From Candidatus Eremiobacteria bacterium (lineage in GTDB: Bacteria; Vulcanimicrobiota; Vulcanimicrobiia; Vulcanimicrobiales; Vulcanimicrobiaceae), in contig CAVTRC010000001.1 of assembly GCA_963737065.1 (NCBI GenBank), forward strand, positions 1,632,001 to 1,696,000: a stretch of 64,000 nucleotides of DNA, in the 5' to 3' direction. The position numbers and the translations under genes are program-made. Numbering within the stretch: the first letter of the stretch is position 1; the number at the start of each line of letters is the position of its first letter. The notes beneath the pieces were generated by a model. It ran no database searches. It was not told the origin of the DNA and was given only the letters and a program-made list of their open reading frames with translations. Shown here one piece after another: positions 28,305 to 37,896 of this stretch.

Positions 28305-29917
28305 CCGCGCGTCGCGTTGCCGTCGTTTGCGTGCACGGCGTCGCGCCGCATCCGCGCTACGAGTTTCAAGACCAAGTCTCCGGCCTGCTCTGCAAGTACC
28401 TCAACGACGACTGCGGCGCGAACGATGAGTGGGTCGTGGACGTCGTCAATCCGGGTAACGTGCTGCGTCACGGCTCGGACGAGCCGCAGCCGGCGATCAG
28501 CCGCGTTCATCGGCGCAGCGATGCCGATCCGAACTCTTCCGACCGCAGCTTCTTCGACGTTATCGAAGCGTACTGGAGCCCGATCTCAAAAGGCGGAACG
28601 AATTGGATGTGGGTCGTCAACTGGATTCTCAAAGTGGTATTCGTTCCGCTCAACACGACCGCGAGCTACAACGCGACATGGCAAAAACAATTCTTCGACT
28701 ACGGGTACATCGGCGGTGCGCTTCTTCTGGCGTTCGCGCTGTTCTTCGTATCGCTGAGCGCTGTGTGGCAATCGTTTGTTCGCGTACTCACGGTCACCGG
28801 GTTGATCAAGAACACGAACGCGAACGACGTCATTGCTACGCTCAACGCGAACACGCGTGCCCTCGGCGGCGTCCCGATCAAGATCGTCGTCTGGCTCTTC
28901 GTCGGACTCATCGGTGGATTCTTGTTGGCGCAGGCGCTCGCCGCAATCTGGAAGTTGTTCGTGCAACACAAAGCGCTCGTGCGCAATCGCAAGGCGGTAT
29001 GGCACCGCGCGATTGCGATCGTCGTGCTCCTCGTGCTCGGCGGCGCATGCATCGTGTCGATGGCCCTGGCGAAGTTTCCGAGCGGTGACCTTGGGTGGCA
29101 AGGTGTCGGCCTGATCGTTTTGATCTTCGTCGCGTTTCAACTCGGCTACGCGCTGCTGATCGGGTTCATGGTGGGGTTCTTCGGGGACGTGGAAATCTAT
29201 ACGACCCGCGACGAAAACGATTCGCGCTTCTATGCGATGCGCGACAATATCTTAGACGTCACCGTAGAGGCGATGATGCGCGCGATCTCCCCGCGGCTCA
29301 ACGGCGGACGTCGATACGACCGCGTGATCGTTCTCGCGCATAGCCTCGGAGCGACGATCGCGATGGACGCGCTCACGCGGCTGTATCAACTGTCGCTGCA
29401 AGGGGCGGTTACCGGCGAAGAGTTCGATCGCATCCGTGCCTTCATTACGGCCGGATCGTCGCTCGAGAAAACGCGCTATTTCTTCGATGTTTCCGGTATC
29501 ACGCCGACCGCGTCATTCGAGCACTGGCGTAACGATGCGTACGGCTCGATCTTCACCTGCGATCCCAAGACGCTCGACGGTTCGAACGGTCACGGCGTCT
29601 TCTGGGCGAATTATTGGTATTTCCAAGACCCTCTCTGCAACGAAATCCGTTCGTATCGTTCGTATCTCAACCCCGGCGACTCGATGGAATCATCACGTGC
29701 GATTCACGAAGAACGCGAAGGACAATGGCAATCGATGGACGGCGACGACGGACGGCCGATCTGCTGGAACGAGCGCGGACATAAACGCATACGGCTGAAC
29801 CACTGGCTGTTGCATTCGGATTACCTGTCGGACCCATGGTTTTGGCAGTCTGTGGAAGACGAACATATCGGCGCGCTGGACATCATCACGAGCCATGTCG
29901 AAGGAGTACGCGATTGA
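28292..29917 (+). CDS. Membrane-embedded alpha/beta-hydrolase-like protein
   Basis: VHGV at the N-terminus, about 4 TM helices, AHSLG nucleophile elbow, C-terminal HSDY. Confidence 0.65.
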   Translation: MEGLTARRVAVVCVHGVAPHPRYEFQDQVSGLLCKYLNDDCGANDEWVVDVVNPGNVLRHGSDEPQPAISRVHRRSDADPNSSDRSFFDVIEAYWSPISKGGTNWMWVVNWILKVVFVPLNTTASYNATWQKQFFDYGYIGGALLLAFALFFVSLSAVWQSFVRVLTVTGLIKNTNANDVIATLNANTRALGGVPIKIVVWLFVGLIGGFLLAQALAAIWKLFVQHKALVRNRKAVWHRAIAIVVLLVLGGACIVSMALAKFPSGDLGWQGVGLIVLIFVAFQLGYALLIGFMVGFFGDVEIYTTRDENDSRFYAMRDNILDVTVEAMMRAISPRLNGGRRYDRVIVLAHSLGATIAMDALTRLYQLSLQGAVTGEEFDRIRAFITAGSSLEKTRYFFDVSGITPTASFEHWRNDAYGSIFTCDPKTLDGSNGHGVFWANYWYFQDPLCNEIRSYRSYLNPGDSMESSRAIHEEREGQWQSMDGDDGRPICWNERGHKRIRLNHWLLHSDYLSDPWFWQSVEDEHIGALDIITSHVEGVRD

Positions 29918-30420
29918 CCGCCGGGGAAATCGTCAGGCTGCTCCTCTCCAATGTCTTCGCCGTTCTCTTGATCGTCGCAATCGTTACGTCGATCGCCAAA
30001 GTGCGGCGCGCGCGGGTGGCGCGGCGTCCGATTAACCGTGCGTACGTCATTTGGGGCGAGCTGCTGTTCTATGTGTATGGCCTTGCGAACATCTATAGCG
30101 GTTTCTTTCATGCATATGCCGGCAATATGGCGGCGGCGAGTATCGGCTGGCAGGACAGCCCGTTTCAATACGAACTCGGATGGTTCGAGATCGCGTACGG
30201 GCTCACCGCGCTGATGTCACTCTGGCGTCGATACGAGTTTCGTCTCGCGATGACGCTGCCGTATTCGATCTTCCTCCTCGCCGCCGCGGCGCAGCACATC
30301 AGTCAGATGCAGCACCAGCATAACTATGCGCCGAACAACGCCGGTTTGATCTTGTGGCTGGGCGACATCGCAATTCCGCTCGTCGTCCTCTTGCTATCGT
30401 GGATGGCACGAGATGAATGA
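29914..30420 (+). CDS. DUF6790-like membrane protein
   Basis: AAGGAG RBS + TTG; IGWQDSPFQYELG; NYAPNNAG. Confidence 0.65.
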   Translation: MTAGEIVRLLLSNVFAVLLIVAIVTSIAKVRRARVARRPINRAYVIWGELLFYVYGLANIYSGFFHAYAGNMAAASIGWQDSPFQYELGWFEIAYGLTALMSLWRRYEFRLAMTLPYSIFLLAAAAQHISQMQHQHNYAPNNAGLILWLGDIAIPLVVLLLSWMARDE

Positions 30421-30438
30421 AGCGCCGCGAGCCGTCGA

Positions 30439-31600
30439 TCATTTTTGCCGGCGCGAAGTCGCTACGCGTCCGTCCTGAGCAAGCGAATAGCTGCGATCGC
30501 GCCAACGAACGTCTCGCGCAAAAAAACCGCCGACCCATACCGCTGCCGTCAGTGCATCGCGCACGGGAAGCGCCCACAACGGCACGCGTGCGATGCCGAA
30601 GGCGCGCGCTGCACAGCGGGAGACGAAGGCGCGCGATGCCGAGCGCCGCCGCGACGGCAGTCCACGCCGCCGGCGATCCGCCGGTGAACGTGAGGAGCAG
30701 CAGCGCACATAGAAGAGGTTGCGTCAGGAACAACGATGCGTACCCGGACGGCCGCTGCGCGCGAATCGTTCGCGCCCAACGCAGCTCGTGACGCAGCAGC
30801 GCGCGTATATTGCGCTCGTAAACGATGTTTCGAACGAGATTTGGCGCAAGCGCCACGGTGTAGCCGCGGTCGGTGACGAGCTTTCCGAGAAGGTAATCAT
30901 CGCCGATGTGTGCGCTCAGTGCCGCGAGTCCACCGATGTCGTCGAGTACGGCGCGTCGGACCGCCATCGTCGATCCGAAACAATACGTGAGCGGTTCAAG
31001 CAGATGCGCGACCATCACCGAGGGAACGAACTGCTCGTTGATATACATTGCGCCGAGCATCGATGCGACGTTGTTCGCAGCCTCGCCGCAATACAGAGCC
31101 GTTGCGGCACCGACGCGAGGATCGTCAAACGACGCAACGATCGTGCGGAGGTAGCCGCAGTCGACGCGCATGTCGGCATCCGCAATCACGAGAAGGTCGT
31201 ATTTCGCGCGGCCGATCATTGCGCAAAGGTTCGCAACCTTTGGATTGGCGGCCGACGCCGGGTTTCCGATAACGATCGAAACGTCCGCGTGCGGAAACTC
31301 CGCCATGACTCGTTCAACAATCGCGACCGCGCGGTCCGCCGGATCGGTGACGCCGAAGATCACCTGAAATCGCGGATACCGTTGATCGACGAACGAGCGA
31401 AGGTTCTCGAGTAGCTCTACTTCGAGGCCCGCGAGCGGTTTGAGAATCGTCACCGGCGGCGTACCGTGCTCCGCGCAAATGCGATCGGTGCGCCGGTGCA
31501 GAGTTCGTAAACGGTGCAACGCAAGCATTTCGTATCCGATCGAGGCGGCCGCGACGGCGAAGCCGACGGCGGCTCCGAGCGGCGCGGTACTAAAGCGCAC
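30439..31600 (-). CDS. hpnI: Hopanoid glycosyltransferase HpnI (GT2), with a frameshift near 30630
   Basis: LKPL.G, NPKVANL, DAD, GDD, RWARTIR; the expected C-terminus (LPVRD...VRWR) is in the frame of ORF 30439-30708. Confidence 0.85.
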
Positions 31601-32453
31601 CGGTCGCGAGCCGACTGTAGCTGATCCTGCGCGCGCCGGAGCCGTGCAACGCTTCGATCACCGACGGGGCGACGAGCGCAGCATACTCGCCCGCAAAATC
31701 GTAATCGTCCATGCCGCGCACACCGTGCCACCGGCGTGTCGCCGGATGGAAATATACCTCGGAGACGCCGCGCGGAAGATGGGCAAGAAATTGCACGACG
31801 CGGTCGGCCGTCATGTGTCCGGTGTCGTTCATGCCGAAGACGAAGTCGTTCGTCACGATCCCCGCGCGGCGCAATCGCCACTTCATCAAGGCGAGCCACG
31901 GCCAGAGAAGCGCGGCATTCGCAAACCGTTGCGGCGCGGCATTGCGCATGCTGCGCCACGACGGCCAAAACGGCTCGAACGGAATGCGCACCGCCCGCAG
32001 GCCGTACGCTTTTCCAACCTTCATGATGATGCCGAGCACCGTCGGATGAACGTGCATGTGGTTTTGCGCGTTGACGTGATCCAGCACCAGTCCGGTTGCA
32101 GCGAACGCGTCGAACTGGGCGCGAATCTCGTCTTCGAGTTGCGCTCGCACGCCGGGCCGGAAAAAGAAATTGATGCCCGCGCCGGCAAGGCCGGTTGCGA
32201 ACTCTCCATTGCGATCTACGAGGAATGGAACGCGTTCGGCCGGCAGTTTCGGCCGTCCGTTGACGAGTACGACGTGCAGCCCGACGTGGAGATTCGGAAG
32301 CGCGCGCGCTCGGCGCACGGCATCAGCCGCCGCCGGTGCGGCGACCATCAAGCTCGTCGCGTTCAGGATGCCGTTGCGATGCGCTACCTCGACCGCTTCA
32401 TTGACCTCTTCGGAAATACCGAAGTCGTCCGCGCTGATGATGACCTCACGCAT
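31590..32453 (-). CDS. hpnK: Hopanoid-associated deacetylase HpnK (YdjC family)
   Basis: ISADDFG, GLHVVL, LDHVN..NHMH, EVYFHP. Confidence 0.88.
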   Translation of the reverse strand: MREVIISADDFGISEEVNEAVEVAHRNGILNATSLMVAAPAAADAVRRARALPNLHVGLHVVLVNGRPKLPAERVPFLVDRNGEFATGLAGAGINFFFRPGVRAQLEDEIRAQFDAFAATGLVLDHVNAQNHMHVHPTVLGIIMKVGKAYGLRAVRIPFEPFWPSWRSMRNAAPQRFANAALLWPWLALMKWRLRRAGIVTNDFVFGMNDTGHMTADRVVQFLAHLPRGVSEVYFHPATRRWHGVRGMDDYDFAGEYAALVAPSVIEALHGSGARRISYSRLATGAL

Positions 32454-32730
32454 TGCGTGGAATGGTACGCACGCGCTCCGCATAACCGAAATCAATACAT
32501 GCTCGCCGTTCGGGACGCGCGGTCGGTTCCGCTTCAGCAAAACGCGCGAGCATGACGCCTGCGTTACGTTCGGTGTGCAGCGCCGCCGTCCAGACGGGAA
32601 CCCGTCGCAAGCGTGCTAGCTCCGCCTCGCTCAGATCGGGCCACCGAAGCTCGGGCGGGTCCCTCTGAACGTGGGACGAAAGGAAAGAACGGCAAAACAG
32701 CTCCTCGTGTTTTTCTGAACCGGCGCGCAT
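32446..32730 (-). pseudogene. Truncated remnant of a ferritin-like protein
   Basis: MRAGSEKHEELFCRSF..SH...LRWPDL...L..VPVW..AL.TE.NAG.M resembles, from memory, the N-terminus of much longer ferritin-like proteins; it stops at 94 aa. Confidence 0.55.
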
Positions 32731-32787
32731 CGCGTTCACCTCGTCGTGAGTTACTCCGCCTCGATAAGTAAAGAGGGAACATACGCA

Positions 32788-33843
32788 TTGATCCTATCCA
32801 AGGCTTTGCCCCGTTCTTCACAGGCGTCCAGAGCCGAGCCCGACATCCTCAACCGCCACCGCTCCCTCATCGGCGAGTATCTTCGCACGAATACCGCGCT
32901 TCCTTCGCGGACGTTCTCGGGCGCGATGTCGAGTTACCACATGGGCTGGACCGACACCGCCGGGCGTCCTGCATCCGAAGTGCATGGAAAATTCGTTCGC
33001 CCCGCGCTCTGCGTCTGGGCGTGCGAAGCCGTCGGCGGATCGACGAACGAAGCTCTACCGGTTGCGGCGGCAATCGAATGGATTCACAACTTCACGCTCG
33101 TGCACGACGATATTCAAGACGGCGATCGCGAGCGCCGAGGACGCGAAGCGGTCTGGTCGGTCTGGGGCGTCGGTCAAGGCGTGAACGCCGGCGATGCGAT
33201 GTTTGCGCACGCAACCGCACAACTCACGCAAAGTCACGGCGACGCAGCGCGCACGCTGCGCGTGCTTCGTGTGATCTCGCTTGCAACGTTGGAAGTGATT
33301 GAAGGACAATGCCGGGATCTTCAGTTGGAAGGCCGGTTGGATGTTTCGCCGCTCACGTATCTGCGTATGGTGCGCGCGAAGACGGGCGCGCTCTTAGGCG
33401 CGACGCTCGAGGCGGGTGCAATGATCGGTGGAGCGAGCAATGATGACCTTCGTCTTTTTCGGCTCGCTGGACGACTGCTTGGAACGGCGTTCCAAATGCG
33501 CGACGATTGGCTTGGATTTTGGGGCGATCCCGCACTCACCGGTAAGTCTGCGACGAGCGACGCGAACCGGCACAAGATGAGCTACCCGATCGTTGCGGCG
33601 CATCGCGTAATGTCGCCGCTGCAACGCCGGCGCTTGCGTGAGGTGTTTGAGAACACAAGTAGTGAGGCGGAGCCGCGTCTGCGAGAGCTATTGGAAGCGA
33701 CGGGAGGCGCGGCGCTGACGCGCGACGACCCGCAGCGCTATGCCGAAAAGGCTGTCGCAGCATTGGACAGAACGCGTCTCTCTGCCGAATCACTGGAAGC
33801 TTTCGAGGCGGTGGCCGATTACGTTTCCACCAGAAGCCGGTAA
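32788..33843 (+). CDS. Polyprenyl (FPP/GGPP) synthase
   Basis: GKFVRP, HDDIQD..RRGR, GDA, GQ..DL, KT, FQMRDD. Confidence 0.92.
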   Translation: MILSKALPRSSQASRAEPDILNRHRSLIGEYLRTNTALPSRTFSGAMSSYHMGWTDTAGRPASEVHGKFVRPALCVWACEAVGGSTNEALPVAAAIEWIHNFTLVHDDIQDGDRERRGREAVWSVWGVGQGVNAGDAMFAHATAQLTQSHGDAARTLRVLRVISLATLEVIEGQCRDLQLEGRLDVSPLTYLRMVRAKTGALLGATLEAGAMIGGASNDDLRLFRLAGRLLGTAFQMRDDWLGFWGDPALTGKSATSDANRHKMSYPIVAAHRVMSPLQRRRLREVFENTSSEAEPRLRELLEATGGAALTRDDPQRYAEKAVAALDRTRLSAESLEAFEAVADYVSTRSR

Positions 33844-34900
33844 CGTCAACGAGACCGGCACCCCGGTTGACGACACGCGTTCGCGCAAAGGCGCGCATTT
33901 GCGGATCAACCTTGAAGAAGACGTTTCATCCAAAGGAATTGCATCGGGCTTCGACGCGTATTCGTTCGTGCACAATGCGTTGCCCGAGATGGATATCGAC
34001 GACGTCGATACATCGGCGACGATCTTCGGAAGGACGCTGCGTGCACCGATCCTGATCTCGTGCATGACGGGCGGAACGATACAAGCCCGACGCTTCAATC
34101 GCGTCCTCGCGCGCGCGGCGCAAGATCGCCGGCTCGCGATGGGCCTCGGCTCGGGGCGCGCGCTGCTCGAACATCCTGAAGTCATCGACACGTTCGATGT
34201 ACGGTCGCTCGCACCCGACGTGCTGCTGCTGGCGAACCTCGGAGCGGTGCAATTGAACAAAGGCTACGACGTCGAGGATTGCCGGCGTCTCGTTTCGATG
34301 TTGCGCGCGGACGCACTCGTGCTGCACTTGAATCCACTGCAAGAAGCCTTGCAACCCGACGGGGATACGGACTTTCGCGGATTGCTCGGAAAAATCGAAA
34401 CGATGTGCGAACGCATGGACGTCCCGGTCGTCGTAAAAGAAGTCGGATGGGGCATTGCCGGCGATCTCGTGCGCAGGCTCTTCGATGCCGGCGTCAGCGC
34501 GATCGACGTCGCGGGTGCGGGTGGAACCTCGTGGAGCGAGGTCGAGCGCCATCGCCTCGCGGAGCCGTGGCGCGCGCGCGTCGCTGCCGCGTTCGCCGGT
34601 TGGGGAATTCCGACCGCGCGGTGCCTGCAAACGGCGCGCGCCATCGCACCGAAGCAGTTGCTCTTTGCGAGCGGCGGGCTGCGAGACGGTATGGATGTGG
34701 CGAAAGCGATCGCGCTGGGCGCCGATCTCGCCGGGATGGCCGGTCCGTTCCTCCGTGCCGCGGCCGGCGGCCACGATGCGGTGATCGAAAAGGCGCGTGA
34801 GATGACCGAGGTTTTGCGGATCGCGATGTTTGCGACGGGTGCGCGAACGCTCGTCGATCTTCGCGGTACGCTCGCGCGAAAGACTGAGGCGTCGACGTGA
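33740..34900 (+). CDS. fni: Type 2 isopentenyl-diphosphate isomerase (start uncertain)
   Basis: RK..H, MTGG, GSGR, NLGAVQ, HLNPLQE, VKEVG, GGTSW, SGG.R. Confidence 0.93.
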   Translation: MPKRLSQHWTERVSLPNHWKLSRRWPITFPPEAGNVNETGTPVDDTRSRKGAHLRINLEEDVSSKGIASGFDAYSFVHNALPEMDIDDVDTSATIFGRTLRAPILISCMTGGTIQARRFNRVLARAAQDRRLAMGLGSGRALLEHPEVIDTFDVRSLAPDVLLLANLGAVQLNKGYDVEDCRRLVSMLRADALVLHLNPLQEALQPDGDTDFRGLLGKIETMCERMDVPVVVKEVGWGIAGDLVRRLFDAGVSAIDVAGAGGTSWSEVERHRLAEPWRARVAAAFAGWGIPTARCLQTARAIAPKQLLFASGGLRDGMDVAKAIALGADLAGMAGPFLRAAAGGHDAVIEKAREMTEVLRIAMFATGARTLVDLRGTLARKTEAST

Positions 34901-35736
34901 ACGAACTGCGCTCGGCGGACGCGTACTGCCGGCTACTCTCGCGGGCACACTACGAGAACTTCATCGTCGCAGCACCTTTTCTCGATGCGCGAACCCGGAC
35001 GGATCTTGCGCGCATCTACGGATTCTGCCGGACCACCGACGACCTCGGCGACGAAAGCGGCAGTGAAGGCGAACAACGCCTCGCGCGCTGGCGCGACGAA
35101 GTGATCGCGACGTTTGCCGGCCGGTTACCCGTTCATCCCGTCCTCTACGCGCTCCGCGAAACGATCGTGCGGCGTGCGTTGAGCGCGCAGCCCTTTTTCG
35201 ATCTCATCGAAGCGAACCTGCAGGATCAGCGCGTATCATCGTATCCGACGTGGGCGGACCTCGATGCGTACTGCGCGCTTTCGGCCGCTCCCGTCGGACG
35301 AATGGTATTGGAAGTATTCGGCTTGACGAGTGCGCTTGCACAACGGTTGTCGGACGATGTCTGCGTCGGGCTGCAGCTTGCCAATCACGCGCAGGACGTC
35401 AGCCGTGACGCGAAACTCGGACGCACGTATCTCGTCGGCAGCGATATTGCGACGAACGGCGTGCGCGGCGCCGTTGAAGCGATGGTTGCACGTGCGCGGC
35501 GTTTGCTCGAGTCGGGCCGCAGTTTGGAAGCGATGGCGCCGCCCGTATTGCGCATGCAGCTTGCGCTCTATCGTCGCGGCGGCGTTGCGATCTGCGATGA
35601 GATTGCGGCAGTGCAGTACCGTACGGACGTGCAGCGGCCGCACGTCGCCGCAAAAAAGAAGCTGATGCTGCTTAGCGGCGTGATGATGGAAACGCTGCGA
35701 CCGCGAACGCAGGTGCGCGATGCTGCGGCTACCTGA
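34897..35736 (+). CDS. hpnC: Squalene synthase HpnC
   Basis: HYENF, DDLGDE, SAAPVGR, QL.NH.QD. Confidence 0.9.
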   Translation: MNELRSADAYCRLLSRAHYENFIVAAPFLDARTRTDLARIYGFCRTTDDLGDESGSEGEQRLARWRDEVIATFAGRLPVHPVLYALRETIVRRALSAQPFFDLIEANLQDQRVSSYPTWADLDAYCALSAAPVGRMVLEVFGLTSALAQRLSDDVCVGLQLANHAQDVSRDAKLGRTYLVGSDIATNGVRGAVEAMVARARRLLESGRSLEAMAPPVLRMQLALYRRGGVAICDEIAAVQYRTDVQRPHVAAKKKLMLLSGVMMETLRPRTQVRDAAAT

Positions 35737-36595
35737 ACGCGAACGCGACCCGCTGCGCGAAGCGGAACGCTTTTGCCGCGACATGGCGCGCCGCGAAGCG
35801 AAGAATTTCTACTGGGGGTTCATTTCGCTGCCGTACGATCAGCGGGTGGCCATCTATGCGCTCTACGATTTCGCGCGCGAAATCGACGACGAAGCGGATG
35901 ACGGCCCGTCCGATCCCGCGGTCGTTACGGCGCGCCTGCAAGTTCATCGTGCGCGCATTCGGCGCGCCGTCGCCGGCCAATATGATGATCACGTCATGCA
36001 CGTGCTCTCGCGTGCCATCGAACGCTATGGAATTCCGCAAGCCGAGCTGATGATGCTGATCGACGGCGTCGAATGCGACTTGACGAAGAAGCGCTACGGC
36101 ACGTGGAACGAATTACGCGATTATTGCACCCTCGTCGCCTCCGTGGTGGGCCGGATGTGCGTTCGCATCTTTGGATTCACCGATCGCGTAGCGCTCGAGC
36201 GCGCCGATGATCTGGGGCGCGCGCTGCAGTTGACGAACATTCTCCGCGACGTGCGCGAAGATGCGGGACTCGGACGTGTCTACCTCCCGCAGGAAGATCT
36301 CGAACGCTTCCGCGTCAGTGAAGTTACGTTCGCGGACGGCGAAGCGAGCGCGCGGTGGAACGAACTCGTCGCTTTTGAAACGCATCGCGCGCGGACGCTT
36401 TTCGAGAGCGGCTACGAAGTATTGAACTACATCCCGCGGCGAAGCGCCGTGTGCGTTCAGACTATGGCGGGCATTTACGAACGCATCCTCGAGAAAATCG
36501 AGCGCAATCCCGAGTTGCCGCTGCGCGAACGCGCGCGCTTAACGCGAACCGAGAAGCTTCAGGTGATGATCGGATCGTGGCTGCGCGTCGGGTAG
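35720..36595 (+). CDS. hpnD: Presqualene diphosphate synthase HpnD
   Basis: NFY, DDEAD, VASVVG, QLTNILRDVRED, RVYLP. Confidence 0.9.
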   Translation: MLRLPERERDPLREAERFCRDMARREAKNFYWGFISLPYDQRVAIYALYDFAREIDDEADDGPSDPAVVTARLQVHRARIRRAVAGQYDDHVMHVLSRAIERYGIPQAELMMLIDGVECDLTKKRYGTWNELRDYCTLVASVVGRMCVRIFGFTDRVALERADDLGRALQLTNILRDVREDAGLGRVYLPQEDLERFRVSEVTFADGEASARWNELVAFETHRARTLFESGYEVLNYIPRRSAVCVQTMAGIYERILEKIERNPELPLRERARLTRTEKLQVMIGSWLRVG

Positions 36596-37896
36596 CAATC
36601 GTCGGCGGCGGTCTCGCGGGACTAGCGGCTGCGCTCGAATTGAAGGAACGCGGATGGAGCGTCGAGATTTTCGAGCGCAGCCGATTACTCGGCGGGCGCG
36701 CGACGTCATTCGAGATCGACGGACACGAGGTCGATAACGGCCAGCACGTCTTTTTGGCATGCTGCAGCGAATTCATCGACTTCGTCGAGCGCATCGGCAT
36801 GGCCGCTCACCTGCATTTGCAGGAGCGTTTCGACGTTGTCGCGCTTTCAAAATCGGGCGTACGCAGCCGGCTGCGCGCGGCGTCGCTTCCCGCACCGCTG
36901 CACTTGGTGGCGTCGTTCATGGGCTATCGCCACATGCGCTGGCCCGCGCGCTTGCAAGTCGCGTATGCATTGACGAAAATCCGTGGAGCACTGCACTCGC
37001 AGGAAAGTTTTTCGCGTTGGCTCACGCGGCACGGACAAAGCGCGGAGGCAATCAACGCGTTTTGGCATCCGTTCGTCGTGCCCGCCCTCAACGCATCGCT
37101 CGAGCGGGTAACGGCGGCGGACGCGGCGTTCGTCATCGTCAACGCGTTTTTACACGACGCGGACGCCGCCCGGTTTGGATGGACGACGATTCCGCTGGAA
37201 CACATCATGCGAGCCGCGGCGCGATGCGCGGATGCCATCCATCTTTCGACCGCCGTGTTGACGATCGATGTGGCGGCGAACGGCGAAGTGGCGCTGCATA
37301 CTGCAAGCGACGCACGTCGATTCGACGCCGTTGTTTTAGCCGTGCCGCCGCCGCAGCTCGCGCGACTTCTCGGTAATACCAAGCGTTTCGGCCTTTCCGA
37401 TCTCGACCGTTTCGAAGCGCAGCCGATCGTCGACATTCACCTCCGGTACGAAGGCGCGTCGCTTCCGTTCGACTTTGGCGCGCTCATCGATTCGCCGGTG
37501 CAGTGGATATTCCAAAAAAGTGACGGCTATCTCTGCTGTAGCGTCAGCGCCGCGGATCGCTACATGGCTATGCAAACCGAAGAGCTGACGTCGCTCGCGT
37601 GGAGCGAAGTCCGCGCAGCGGTTCCGGAGCTTTCACATGCCACGTTGCGCGCGCGTGCGGTGACGCGAAATCCGAACGCGACATATCTCGCGCAAGCGGG
37701 CATTGCACGACCGCAAGCGCGGACGCTGCAAAGCACGGTTGCGATTGCCGGTTCATGGACCGGCACGGGATGGCCCGATACGATGGAATCCGCGGTTCGC
37801 AGCGGACGCGAAGCAGCCCGCGCGCTGAACGACAAACCGCCCGCGAGCGTTTCGGCGCGCGGCGAAAACACCTATGAGGTCGCCACATTTGGTTGA
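36577..37896 (+). CDS. hpnE: Hydroxysqualene dehydroxylase HpnE
   Basis: GGGLAG, LGGRA.S, DNGQH, WPDTMESAVRSG. Confidence 0.9.
   Translation: MAARRVAIVGGGLAGLAAALELKERGWSVEIFERSRLLGGRATSFEIDGHEVDNGQHVFLACCSEFIDFVERIGMAAHLHLQERFDVVALSKSGVRSRLRAASLPAPLHLVASFMGYRHMRWPARLQVAYALTKIRGALHSQESFSRWLTRHGQSAEAINAFWHPFVVPALNASLERVTAADAAFVIVNAFLHDADAARFGWTTIPLEHIMRAAARCADAIHLSTAVLTIDVAANGEVALHTASDARRFDAVVLAVPPPQLARLLGNTKRFGLSDLDRFEAQPIVDIHLRYEGASLPFDFGALIDSPVQWIFQKSDGYLCCSVSAADRYMAMQTEELTSLAWSEVRAAVPELSHATLRARAVTRNPNATYLAQAGIARPQARTLQSTVAIAGSWTGTGWPDTMESAVRSGREAARALNDKPPASVSARGENTYEVATFG

Noticed and set aside
29883..29904. tcatcacgagccatgtcgaagga resembling the IR left arm
   Set aside because: Single arm inside a coding region, needs a gap, and its aaggag doubles as the next gene's RBS; probably chance.
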